Shown: piece by piece, positions 39,463 through 52,899 of the stretch
How the letters are laid out: each line of letters opens with the position of its first letter
Numbering within the stretch: the stretch's first letter is position 1
From: Octopus vulgaris
Lineage: Eukaryota
Direction: 5' to 3'
NCBI GenBank assembly: GCA_951406725.2
Contig: OX597826.1
Coordinates: 33,542,001 to 33,606,000 of the forward strand
DNA length: 64,000 nt
Program-made: the position numbers and the translations under genes
The notes under the pieces: generated by a model
Told to the model about the DNA's origin: nothing
Seen by the model: the letters and a program-made list of their open reading frames with translations, nothing else
Databases searched by the model: none

Positions 39463-41020
39463 TATATAAACTTATATGCATACATATACATACATATTAT
39501 GTATGTATATATATATATGTATGTATGTATTGTGCATTTAAACATACATAATACATATTATGTATGCATATATATCCATATATGTATGTGTCTGTGTGTC
39601 TGTGTGTGTATACACATAATCACTCACATAAATGATTATACGTATATATATATACATATATACTTATATGGATATATAAACATGCATAATATATATTCAT
39701 ACATATATGCATGCATGTCATTGTTCAGTTTATTTCAAGATTTCTTGCCAATAGAGAAAGAGCCGGTTTCTAACCTAGATTCAAGGCTCCAGTATATGTA
39801 CAAACGTATGTATGAATATGATTAGATGTGCTTGATGCTTGACAGTTAAACCATTTGCGTTTTGGCTCAACTGTTAGTTGCAGCTGTTTCAGAAGAGAAA
39901 CTTTCAAAATATATCTTTCTTAAAACATTATAAAAGAATCCATGCAAAGATACAAAACAGTTTAAAACAAGGAAAAGATAAAATTATTCTGAGAAGCAGT
40001 TTTGGCTGCATAAAGTGCAGGCAGGGGTGAGTTTGTGGTTAAGAAATTCTGCTTCCCAATCACATGGTTCCAGGTTCAATTCCACTGTGTGGCACTTAGG
40101 TTAAGTGTCTGTCTCCTCCTGTGGAGAGGAGAAGACATGCATGGAATGAAGTACCTCGTAAACCACTGTGTCCAGGAATTGAACTTACACTCTTGTGATT
40201 GTGAGTCAAATACCATTACCACTTAATACTGAGTGTCTTTAATAGTGTAAAACAACATTGAAATAAGAAACCATTACCGAGTCACTGATGATTAATAAAT
40301 ATTGGACATGGACATAGTAAAGTTTATTGATAGTTATTGTAGAATACTAGATTCAATGTAAAAATAAGAAATGCTTTATTATTTAATCCTAGGTCAACCC
40401 TGACTCTTCAGACCAATGATCAAAACTATTACATCCATGACCATCCCATCTTATTTTCATGTGTACTTTATCTGAGACTTCATTCTAGATATTAGAAAAA
40501 TGGTTAAAGATTAGTGCTTGTGCCAATTCTGCATTGTACTTAGTCTGATAATTGGTACATTCTAATGTCTTCTGTAAAGCTCTTCATAAAATATATCCTA
40601 ATACACAATACTTTGATGCCATTAAACATTTGGTCGGATAGTCCATCCATTCAACCATTCAGCCATTTTTGCACCTCCATTGGGTCTTATCAGAAGGAAC
40701 TACTATGAGAGAGTTGAGAGTTGTAGGAGTATGTAATTCTATGCATCTCATTCTTTAGTTCAAATCACTGCAGGGTTTAATAAAACGAATAATGGTAATA
40801 TAATGAAATTAAGATTCTAATTAAATCACTAAATTATAAACTTCTACCTCTGTAGGTCCAGACTTTATGCAAACAGAAAAATAAATTTTCTCCTTTTCCT
40901 GTATGTGTGTGCATATATATGTGAATACACACACACATATGCATATGTATGTAAGTATGTATGTATGTATGTATGTATGTATGTATGTATGTACGTATGT
41001 ACGTACAGATGTATGTGCAA

Positions 41021-41369
41021 GAGTATATTATGTAAAATGCATTCTTTTCTTGAGATAATATACCATTATTTCTTCTAATCTATAAACAGAGGCCATGGTG
41101 GTTCCTAGAAGAATACAATGATTCCAAGATCTAAGTATGACAAAGACCCTTATTATAAGTCCGTTAACAGGTAAATTATACAATATAAATATTTAACAGT
41201 TGAACTATGCAATATGAATTGTTAATATTGACTAAATATTTAACTAAATCCATCATTATTATCATTTCCAAAATTAATTGAAACATAAGCAGTGAATTTC
41301 AATAGAAACACAGAAACAAAAGGGTTAAAGGTTGATACTCAGGTACTTAGAGCATACATACATACATAC

Positions 41370-41422
<53 letters not shown>

Positions 41423-41656
41423 TATATAATATACATATATATTTATTCATATTCATATTGAAGAGGACATTGTGTAAAGTGCGTTCTTTTCTTGAGATAA
41501 TATGGCATCAATTCCTCTAATCTATAGCTAGAGGCTATGGTGGCTTCTGGAAGAAAATAATGGTTCTAAAATATACTTTAAGATCTATAGATCTATGTAT
41601 AACAATGACCCTATTATAGGTCTGCTAACAGGTGAATTATACAATATGAATATTTA
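41021..41656 (+). repeat. Diverged direct duplication (~175-190 bp; 41021-41195 and 41463-41656)
   Basis: Both copies share TTCTTTTCTTGAGATAATAT...GACCCTATTATA...TAACAGGT.AATTATACAATAT. Confidence 0.85.
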
Positions 41657-41909
41657 GTTTCCTAATCAAGCATTAATCTCATTTTTGTTGTGGTTTTAAT
41701 GAGAAAATGATAAATAGCTACTATATCGTTATATCACACACCGTAGCTATTACATTTGTGCTTTTACAATTTAATTTGGCTAGGAGAGTTGATAACGAAT
41801 TCTTTATAAGACTTCATGTATTGGGAAAAGAATTTCCTGGAATTCTGAACTGAAATCAATATGTGTGTGCATGTGTATGTGAATGTGTGTGTGAATGTAT
41901 GCGTGAATA

Positions 41910-41940
<31 letters not shown>

Positions 41941-42246
41941 GTGAATTATATCTGAGGGCATATATTTTGATAAATAGACACATGCTTCTAGTCTTCTGAA
42001 TATTTTACATGCGACCTATATATTTGGCACAGAAAATTATTAGCAGTTGCTAAGTGAATCATGAATGTAAAGGAATAAATGTTTCTTGCTTGCAATCTCT
42101 CTCTCTCTCTCTTTTCTCTTCTTCTATACACATACATACACACACACAGACGCATGCTTGCACGAATGCACACACATGTATGTGTGAATGTCTGTTGCTG
42201 TGCATATGTGCATCTGCTTAAGTACCAAATATTTACATTTGTATGT

Positions 42247-42545
42247 GAAGTCACATGGCCTGGTGGTTAGGGAGTTGCATTCATGATCTAGCTATTGTGA
42301 TTTCAATTCCTAGACTGGGCAGTGCATTTAATTCTTGAGCAAAACACTTTATCTCATTTCACTCTGCATTCACTTCGACACCTGACACATGGTACACAGT
42401 GCACCTGCTCAGACCATGTTGATTTGATGCAAGGAGTGAATTAATGTGTGACACAAACATTTGATTAGTATAAAACAAATCAGTTGTGATGGTTATTCGG
42501 CAAATTCTGAACGCCCACACATCATCTTCGATAGGAGAGTCCATA
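42247..42545 (+). mobile_element. SINE family D
   Basis: TGGCCTGGTGGTTAGGG...TTCAATTCC...TTCTTGAGCAAAACACTTT; reverse-complement match to 46925-47220. Confidence 0.8.
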
Positions 42546-42636
42546 ATATACATATACATATGCATATTGATCACTAGATCCATATTGATCACTAAATCCA
42601 CAAGTCTTTTTTTATTCAGTTTCGAAATTTCCCCAA

Positions 42637-42682
42637 GACACCTGATGAAGGTTGGAGGGTATATAAGCTGAAACATTGTGTT
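42637..42682 (+). ncRNA. Minimal type-I hammerhead ribozyme motif with intact CUGAUGA/GAAA core
   Basis: GACAC-CTGATGA-A-GGTTG-gagggtatat-AAGCT-GAAA-CATT-GTGTT, within a third copy (42620-42740) of the 10.7/11.1-kb module. Confidence 0.72.
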
Positions 42683-42845
42683 AACAACAAACAAGATGAG
42701 GACAAATATCTGTCAATTGCAAATAATGTAAATAATGTATAGTTTCTTAGATTTTGACTTGAGTCAAGAATTCTGGTACTTGGCACCACTTCTTAGCATG
42801 ACATGAAATATAAATATCTATATATATATACATATATATATACAC

Positions 42846-42925
<80 letters not shown>

Positions 42926-43071
42926 TAGGCTACTGGTTTTAAATTGATATTAATTAAATTAATATTCAATTTATCTCCCTCATTATTTAAATGTTTTTAT
43001 ATACACACACACACACATATATATATGCATACATATAAATGAGTGCATTTGCATATGCATATATACATATG

Positions 43072-43108
<37 letters not shown>

Positions 43109-43368
43109 ACATACATCCCTCCCCACACATATATATATGCAGGTAATATTACCTCTGATGATGTAAGGTAATAAGGTACATCCAATTAGTGCTCAAGTTG
43201 ACTTAACTGTAAGTAAAAGCAGGGATGTTATTGTTGCCTGACAACAATTAACTGTAGGTGGTTTTCCAAGTGAACAAGTACAAGTCTAATGGAATAAAAG
43301 AATAAACAGGCAAAGCACTGGTATCAGGTTAGATTATGACATTTATATATTTTGTAAACTTGAGGGTT

Positions 43369-43550
43369 GAGTTGTACAAAAGTATAGATCAATAGGGAAA
43401 AGGCAATAAAGTGTGCAGATCATTCCTTACAGCTGTTTCCAGAACAGATGGGTAGATATAAGAGTTGTACAAAAGTATAGATCATAAGGGAAAAGGGAAT
43501 AAGGTGTGCAGATCAGTCCTTACAGTTGTTTCAAAAATAGGTGTGCAGAT
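43369..43550 (+). repeat. ~93-bp tandem duplication
   Basis: GAGTTGTACAAAAGTATAGATCA at 43369 and 43462, with continuing similarity. Confidence 0.85.
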
Positions 43551-44065
43551 GACGCATTTCCCAGTAAAAGAACAATAGCTACTGTACAACTCAACACTCA
43601 TGTTCATAAAATATATGAAAATCATAATGGAAGCTGATACTAGTTCTTTCCTGTTTATACAATACATATATACACATGCATGAACACATTCAGACAGTCT
43701 CAAGCAAATATGACCCCATAACTTGTGCAAAATTCTTGCTGGTAGTTTTTGGTACTTATGTAGGTGCAAGCAGACATAGACCCCTGCTCCCAACTCTCAG
43801 ACTTTTCCTCATTGAATCTATTGAACGTTATGGATGTGATGGCTGGAGACAAAGATGAGAGTGTTGGAGAGAAAGATGGAAAGACAGAGAGAGGAAGGAC
43901 AGCATTGTCCAACCCATGCAAGCATGGAAGCCAGATGTTAAATGATGATGATAAAGTTGATGATAATGATGATAATGTATGTTGTATATTTATGTGAGCA
44001 AATGCACATTTTCTCTCTCACTCTGTTCCTTTGTGTGTGTGTGTATATATATATAGTGCTAGGTC

Positions 44066-44092
44066 GATAGATAGATGGACAGACAGACAGAC

Positions 44093-44181
<89 letters not shown>
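44066..44181. repeat. (GATA)n/(GACA)n microsatellite
   Basis: Direct reading. Confidence 0.95.
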
Positions 44182-44672
44182 CATAGAAATATATGCACAT
44201 GTGTTTGTGTGTGCATGTGTTAGTGCATTGCATTTAAGTAAAACAAGAACAGAAATTAAGAGTGTATAAGGAAGTGAGAAACATATTTTGAAATAAAAAT
44301 GCTATTTAGATAAGACAGAAATCATTTCCTAACCAATACGCCACCGTGTGGCTGAAAACTCCTCTGACAATAGACAAATCCATGAGGAACTGATATCCTA
44401 AATAATTTTGTCATTAATCTATTTTTATTTGAGAAGCACAAGTTATGTTAATTATCCATGTATAACTAAAATATAACCTTCTCTATTTACACTGACGTTT
44501 CCTTGCCCTACCCTTCTCTCTTCCAGTCACCACTATTTATATAACCGCTCGTGACAACATTTCTCATTGCAAGTCATTATTTGCAAGTCTGTTATTTCGA
44601 AACCACTCTGCTACTTGCTGCCCAACTGTCTTATCATTCCTATCAAAATCTGTCCTCCCCACCAGTTCTGCT

Positions 44673-44727
<55 letters not shown>

Positions 44728-45307
44728 CACTATTACTACTGCTACTACTACTGCTACTGCTGCTGCTGCTGCTGTCATTGTTATTATTATTCATATACTT
44801 ATCTCTTTCTATGTTTGTTTCCACATTACTTTTATCATCAGTGCCCCTCCAGTGCCAGCAATGGCAGCTTATCTCTTCATGCATAAACAAAACACAAACA
44901 GTTTTCTCAGTATAATGAGCTTCTAAAGACAGTTAGGTCAGAGAACACATCTGGTGTTCTTTATTTTCCTAGCAGACATTGGTGGGCTACACAGCAAAGC
45001 CCTTCTTTAATCAGTCATACTGTTCTTCTGAAATGCTTTATGTGGTATGTTATTTAATGATTTTAGCCATTAAACCTCACCACTGCTATGTACACCAATA
45101 TGTACGTATATGCACAAATATATACGTATGTGTGTATGTACATGTGTAAGCTTGTATATGTGTGTATATGCATGTATATATATATATAAGCATGTCTACA
45201 TATACATAAATTCTCATATACATATACATATCTTATATGTGTATGTGTGTGCTATATATGTATATATGTATTTATGCATGTATGTAATAATAATAATGAT
45301 AATAATG

Positions 45308-45383
<76 letters not shown>

Positions 45384-45730
45384 GTATATATATATAAAAG
45401 GTTGAAAATATGTGGAAAACATTAAAAACTGGTAGAGAAATGCCTTCGTTTCACATAGTTAAATATCTTTTTATAAAGAAATTTTTTTAAAATATATTCA
45501 TATTTTATGGATGTAGTGATATCCTCGGGTTTGGTGCTATAGTCCATCGATTTTGTTGGTTAAAGTGACTAAATTTGTGTTGATTTCTTTTAATTCCTTA
45601 AGGATGTCTTCGTTGTTAATTTTATCTGATGTGGTGGAGGTAGGTTTTGCGGGCATTTTTTGTACCACGTGAGGCAAATGATAGAAATATAAAAATATAT
45701 AAAAAAGGAGCAAAAATTTTCGAGATTCAA

Positions 45731-46090
45731 GGCACAGGAGTGGCTGTGTGGTAAGTAGCTTGCTTACCAACCACATGGTTCCAAGTTCAGTCTCACTGCG
45801 TGGCACCTCAGGCCGACCAAAGCCTTGTGAGGGGATTTGGTAGACAGAAACTGAAAGAAGCCTGTATATGTATATATATGTGTGTGTGTATGTTTGTGTA
45901 TCTTTTGTTTGTCCTACCAACATCGCTTGACAACCGATGCTGGTGTGTTTATGTACCTGTAACTTAGCAGCTCAGCAAAAAGAACTGATAGAATAAGTAC
46001 TAGGCTTACAAAGAATAAGTCCTAGGGATGATTTGCTCGATGAAAGCATGGCTGCAGTCAAATGACTGAAACAAGCAAAAGATTAAAAGA

Positions 46091-46092
<2 letters not shown>
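45731..46092 (+). mobile_element. SINE family A, near full length
   Basis: GGCACAGGAGTGGCTGTGTGGTAAGTAGCTTGC ... TGACTGAAACAAGCAAAAGATTAAAAGAGT. Confidence 0.9.
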
Positions 46093-46130
<38 letters not shown>

Positions 46131-46163
46131 TCATCATCATCATCGTCGTTTAGCATCCGTTTT

Positions 46164-46196
<33 letters not shown>

Positions 46197-46924
46197 TGCA
46201 GGCATGGCTGTGTGGTAAGAAGTTTGCTTTCCAACCACATGCCTCTGGGTTCAGTTCAACTATTGGTATCTTGGACAAGTCACTTCTACTATAGCCCTAG
46301 ATCAGGTCGATCAAAGCCTCATGAAGGAATTTGGAAGACAAATTCATCTTATACATGTGTGTGTGTGTGTGTGTGTGCCAGTTTGTTTACATCTGCATCA
46401 CTTAGTGGTTTGGCAAAATTAGTATGTCCTGGGGTCAATTCATTCAACTAAGACCTTTAAATTGGTGCCCCAGTATGGCCACAATTCAGTGACTGAAACA
46501 AGTAAAAGATAAAAGATAGAGACACAGAGAAATAAAGAGAGATAGTGAAAGACGGAAAGAGCAACATAAAAGTAGAGAGAGACAGAGAGAGGTATTAAAT
46601 TATGTATGCTATATTTGTGACATTGGAGGATTGATGTCAGGAATAAACTTCGAAATTCGTCTACTGTTTTTACAAATTCTACTTAATAATTTATCATCAG
46701 CTTTATTCTTTTATTCTTGTTTCAGTCAGTTGACTGTGGCCATGCTGGAGCGCTGCCTTTAGTCAAACAAATCGACCCAAGGACTTATTCTTTGTAAGCC
46801 TAGTACTTATGCTATCGGTCTCTTTTGCTAAACCGCTAAGATACGGGGACATAAACACACCAACATCAGTGTCAAGAGATGGTGGGGGTGACAAACATAG
46901 ACCCACAAACACATACATGCATGA

Positions 46925-47220
46925 TGGACTCTCCCATCATTAGACAACATATGAGGGTTTGATGATTTCTTGCTGAACAACCACATACATGATTTCTTTA
47001 TAGTGATCAAATGTTTGTGTAGACATAAACTAATTCCCTCCATCAGATTGACATTACCTGTACAGGTGCAACAGGGGCTACATGTCAGATGATGAAATGA
47101 CTGTAGAACAACATGAAATGAAGTGCTTTGCTCAAGAACACAATGCAATGCCCAGCCTGGGAATCGAACCCATGCCCTTGCAATTGTGAGGGCAACACGT
47201 TAACCACTAAGCTATACGCG
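46925..47220 (-). mobile_element. SINE family D
   Basis: Minus-strand A box TAGCTTAGTGG, B box GGTTCGATTCC, then GTGTTCTTGAGCAAAGCACTT. Confidence 0.8.
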
Positions 47221-47695
47221 ATCACATACATACATACATATATAAATATTTTAATAATTATATACATAATTATAACAAGTGATTTGCTATATGCCTCTCC
47301 ACGCACTGGAAAAATAGATGCCAAAAGACTCCATTACCACCTTAAAATCTCCAAGAATAAAACACTGGGTCTATTTTTCAGCACATGGAGAGGCTTATAG
47401 CCAATTCCTTGTTATAATTATGCATATAATTATTAAAATATTCGTAAAATTTACCTATAATGTTTTTATTTCAATGTTGACCCCCTGGTAAATCATTAAT
47501 GATTTTTACCCTTTATTATAATATATATATATATATATATATGATGGGCTTCTTTTAGTTTCCATCTACCAAATCTACTCACAAGGTTTTACTTGGCCTA
47601 AGGCTATAGTTGAAGACACTTGCCCAAGGTGCCACTAATCACATCTTTTAGTAACAAAATGAGAAACAATAAACTTATTTACTCAGAGGTTACTA

Positions 47696-47739
<44 letters not shown>

Positions 47740-48122
47740 TATCCTGATACATAGAGAAGATGCTAATACATAGAACAGTGTCAGATAGAGGTGACAGTGA
47801 TAGAGAGAGATACAGCAATGATAGACAGAGCTGAAAGGGATGGAAAGAACAATAGTGAAACTAGTAACTAAGGAAATATTTGGAAGATAATTACAAGCTG
47901 TTAGTATTCCTTTTAGTATAGAACAAAAAATCAATGACTTGCTAAGAAGATAAACAAGTTCTTTAAGTATTATTGATGTGTTGTTCTTGTTTAAGATCAA
48001 GGATCACCAGCATGAAAGAAAAACCCATACAAAAAAGAAAAATTGTTTGAAAAATACTGTATTCGTCAACTATCTCTAAGAAAGATAAATTCATTTTCAA
48101 AGTTGATTAGTGTTTGAATTTT

Positions 48123-48367
48123 AGTATAATTAATGATTATATACAACAGAAGAATTAACCTTCATTTTACACTCTTATCTCATTATAGGTATCAAAGAAT
48201 AATTATAAAAGATATATGATTGTTTTAGAGAATATTTGCAGTATAATTAATGATTATATACAACAGAAGAATAAAAATAACCTTCATTTTACACTCTTAT
48301 CTCATTATAGGTATCAAAGAATAATTATAAAAGATATATGATTGTTTTAGAGAATTTAAATATTTGC
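48123..48367 (+). repeat. Recent ~117-bp tandem duplication
   Basis: AGTATAATTAATGATTATATACAACAGAAGAAT... at 48123 and 48240; near-identical apart from two small indels. Confidence 0.92.
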
Positions 48368-48442
48368 CAATGTAGCGCATAAATTTTAATTCTGAAATAT
48401 TTGAATAACAAGGGAATAACGATATGTGTGCATGTGTGTGTA

Positions 48443-48635
48443 TCTTCTCTATATATATAAACGGCAGTTTGTCTGTGCGTGTTTCTGTGTGTCTGTTTGC
48501 TTGTACCCTCACCCTGACCACGGCTTTCAACCGATTCTGATGAAACTTGACACCTATTTTTTGGCTATAACTCTCTAAAAATGCTTTATAGTTATTTCCC
48601 TTACAAACCTGAGCAACGCCGGGCGATACTGCTAG
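48443..48635 (+). mobile_element. Non-autonomous Helitron (~193 bp)
   Basis: 5' TC preceded by A, subterminal hairpin CCTGAGCAACGCCGGG at 48608-48623, 3' CTAG followed by T, no TSD. Confidence 0.8.
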
Positions 48636-50169
48636 TGTATGTATGTATGTATGTATGTATGTATGTATTTATGTATATCTGTATGTATGTGTCTATGAAT
48701 CTATCTAAGTACATATATACATGTATATATATATGTATATGTACTTATATATATGTGTGTGTATGTGAGTATATACATGTATGTATTTATCTATATATGT
48801 ATACACACACTCACACACACAAACACATACATACATACACATGTGTATGATATTGAAATTTGAATTCAGAGCAGAGGCAGCTAGAATGAAAACGCTAAGA
48901 CATTCTATTGACAGCTTGCTCATTTGCTGTCATATCTAGTCTCATGTCTGGGAGTGAGCAGTTGCTACTTAATCTAATTCAGTGTTTCTCAAACATTTTA
49001 AGCTATCCCCACAACACTTTCTATCATTAACACTTTTTCAATGCCTCCTAGCAACGATTCTGTAAAATTAAATACACCACATCTGCATGTGCATGTATAT
49101 GCAGACATAAGTCAGAATTTTACCTAATGCTGCAGGTGCAGTGACTGCCTTTATGGTATGTTTGGAATTTTGGCTTTGTCTTTTAAATTACATTTTTGTT
49201 TATTGCTTATAATTTACATACAATGATAGCATGTCTTCAGTTTTATTTGTTTCCTTATCTTCATTTCAAAGTTTAATATCATACTGGTGTCATTGTTATT
49301 GTTATCAAATTTGTTGTAATTGTAGCTAACAAGTAGTTCATTCCAACAGTATTTTAAAATTTGTTTTAAAAGCTTAATACTTAAATAAAAGATGAAGGTT
49401 AAAAAGAGCAGTAGAGATGCAGCTGTCATTCAGCATTGCTTTGTTAGAAGCACCCACATAAGATTTTCCTTTATCCAGGTGGAGTGATGGGTGGGGGTCA
49501 CCTACTTCAAGAAGCACTGATTGAGGCTTCAAACTTGTCATTTGACTATTTGTCAAGACTTCTACGTTGTCTTCGTTTGATGGATCTGGTGCCTTTCGTG
49601 GAAGCTTTCGCCCGCTTCTTAGGACAGACTGGGTAGTAAAGAAATATATTTGTCAAGACTTCAGTCATTAACACAATATAACACTGGTACCAGTAAACTC
49701 TGTTCCTGTGATATCATTATTGGAACAGTTTCTTACTCTCTGGGAAGCTGTTGACATCACCTACCAAACTTGTTATCCTCCTATTTCTCCTCCTTGTATC
49801 AACACTACTACATCTCACAATCCCATAAACATCACCTAAAACATTTAACTCTGTCCAATGAACCCAAAGCTACAAACAATTCCACCTTTGATTTTCCAAA
49901 AGATATCAACCCCCAAACATTCAAGCTAATTTTCAAGCTCATCTCCTTCAACAATTTGAGGAACTCTGAAAGGGCAGGGCACTGTATCATCTCTCCCACT
50001 GAATGAACATTCAAAAGGAAAAGTCTTTTACTCTATGTGCTTTAGAGTAATTTCTGCTGCCAAATAAACACTAGAAGTTCAAAGAATATAATTATATATT
50101 TTACAGAAAATGAAGTAAATCTCAAATGTAGTGTAGCTGAGAAAAGAGCTTAGAAAACAGCTTAGAAGA

Positions 50170-50454
50170 TGATAGTATGTTGTCAGCTTAATGTGACAGT
50201 CCCATGAAAGGGAAGAATGCTACTGTTATTTAGCCCTAGGAAACACCATTTCCTGTTGGACTTGACACATTCCATGTGTCCTTATATTTTCAAAGACAAG
50301 CACCTCCACCCAGTAAACTTTGTCTTCACTTTGAAAACATGAGAACACAGGAAATGTGTCAAGTCCAACAGGAAACAGCATTTCCTAGGGCTAAATAACA
50401 GTAACATTCTTCCCTTTCATGGGACTGTCACATTAAGTTGACAACATACTATCA
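50170..50454. repeat. Long inverted repeat / foldback element (arms ~126 bp, spacer ~33 bp)
   Basis: 50170-50295 is the reverse complement of 50329-50454, with about 11 substitutions by manual alignment. Confidence 0.93.
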
Positions 50455-50559
50455 CTGTATTGTCCTGCTACTGCATAAATCTCTCTGAGAGATTTGTTTT
50501 TAGCTTAGAAGATCACAGAGAATCAAACCTTATTCCTCTCTCTCATATGTACATACTCA

Positions 50560-50911
50560 ACTTCATAGGTCACAAATGACCAAGGATGCACCTAAGAGGT
50601 TCTCCTACAGGGTACAAGTCTGCATGGAAAGTCACCTCACTAGCTAGGGTTGTTTTTATGTATGACCTGCAGTCACCCATGCATACCAGACTTGCCTCTT
50701 CATGCCACCAATGTCATCCAAGGGGATGGCAAAGGCCAATACAGCTTGGCACCAGTGACGTCACAACTCCTTTCTACAGGTGAGTGAACTAAAGCAATGT
50801 GAAATAAAGTGTCTTGCTCAAGAACTCAAAACACAGCCTGGTCCAGGAATCGAACTCACAAGCTCACGATTGTAATCTCGATGCTCTAATCATTGAGCCA
50901 TGTGCCTTCAC
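50560..50911 (-). mobile_element. SINE family D
   Basis: Minus-strand GAAGGCACATGGCTCAATGATTAGAGC...GAGTTCGATTCC...TTCTTGAGCAAGACACTTT. Confidence 0.82.
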
Positions 50912-50920
50912 TTCATATGT

Positions 50921-50951
<31 letters not shown>

Positions 50952-51372
50952 CAAATGTATATTAATTTGATATCTGTTTTTCCATGCTGGCATGAGTTGA
51001 ATGGTTTAACCTGGCTTGTTTCCCTTCATGTTCCCTCATAACAACAACCCCTTTTGCCGAATGCACTGAGTGGTTTTCTGATGGGCATCAGCACCAGTGA
51101 GGTCACCATGTAAGTTGTAAGATTAGAAAAGGCCCCACCCGCTGATTGAAGGGAAGTGTAGTTGCTAGGGAATTGGTTGTGTGTCAGAGGTTGAGAAGCA
51201 GGAACATGTATTTTGGTGCAGAGTAAATACACGACTACTCTGCTTTGTATAAGGTGGGTGGGGAGTAGCAAGTGGCTGGAAAGAACACTGAAGATGGTAG
51301 CAACCAGGTAACCATGCAGCTTTTCTCCTATTTTATTGTGTATAAAAACATATACAATAAATAAAAACATAT

Positions 51373-52000
51373 AAGGTGCAGTCAACGTTGTGTGGTAAGA
51401 AGGTGGCAAGCTGGCAGAAACGTTAGCACGCTGGACAAAATGCTTTTACATTCTGAGTTCAAATTTCGCTGAGATCAACTTTGCTTTTCATCCTTTTGGG
51501 GTCGATAAATTAAGTACCAGTTATGCACTGAGGGTCAATGTAATCGACTAAATCCCCTTTTCTGTCCTTGTGTGTCCCCTCTATGTTTAGCCCCTTGTGG
51601 GCAATAAAGAAATAAGAAGCTTGCTTCCCAACCACATAGTTCTGGGTTCAGTCCCACTGTGTGGCACCTTGGGCATGTGTCTTCTACTATAGCCTTGGGC
51701 CGACCAAAGCCTTGTGAGTGGATTTGGTAGACAGAAGCTGGAAGAAGCATGTTGTATGTGTGTGCATGTGTGTGTGTGTGTGTTTGTGTCTGTGTCTGTT
51801 TGTCCCCCATCACCACTTGACAACTGGTGTTGGTGTGTTTACATCCCCCAAAACCTAGCAATTCAGCAAAGAAGCCTGATAGAATAAGTACCAGGTTTAG
51901 CAAAAACTTAAGTACAGGTGTTGATTCATCTGGCTAATATTCTTCAAAGCAGTGCCCTGCCATGGCTGCAGTCTTATGACTGAATCAAGTAAAAGACAAA
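51373..52000 (+). mobile_element. Family A SINE interrupted by a family B SINE (51403-51612)
   Basis: The A head GTGTGGTAAGAAG is broken by B; TAAGAAG is duplicated at 51396-51402 and 51613-51619. Confidence 0.88.
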
Positions 52001-52400
52001 ATATAAATGATATAACAAAAAATATGACAAATACAAAAAAAATAAAAGCAAAAAAAATTACTTGGTGCTTGTGGTAGGATTTTTTTAGAACTTATATTCT
52101 ATCACTAGATAAAGAAGAGTGGATACTTTGCTACTCCAGTTTCGAAATGACATCATTGCTATTTTTATTAATTCCAAATAACACATGACGACACCTAACA
52201 CAAGTCAAACATTAAACAACAATGGATACTGAAAGAACAAACTGTACAAGAAAGACAAAATAAATACAAAACAAATACAAATAATTAATGATATAAGCAT
52301 TATCACACATGCCATATTTGATTAATTAAGGAAGAAACAAACAAAAGTGCCATGCACATGATACATATGTCAGTACATATGTATATATGTATATATATAC

Positions 52401-52479
<79 letters not shown>

Positions 52480-52684
52480 TATGCATATATTTGTCTTATT
52501 TGTGTTCTCTCAGCTTCTGGCAATATCTAGAAAATGTGATATTAAGGTTAAAAAATGAGTATTGGTGGAATTAATGTTCACTAGTCTCCCTCTAGTCTAC
52601 TGATTATTTTCACATTTATTACAAGATTCCAGAATAACCCACCTTCACCCCTCTCTCTTTCGCTCTTGCCTGTGCATATAAATA

Positions 52685-52760
<76 letters not shown>

Positions 52761-52799
52761 TATCATCATCATCATCATCATCATCGTTTGATGATGATG

Positions 52800-52848
<49 letters not shown>

Positions 52849-52861
52849 GCATATATATATG

Positions 52862-52899
<38 letters not shown>

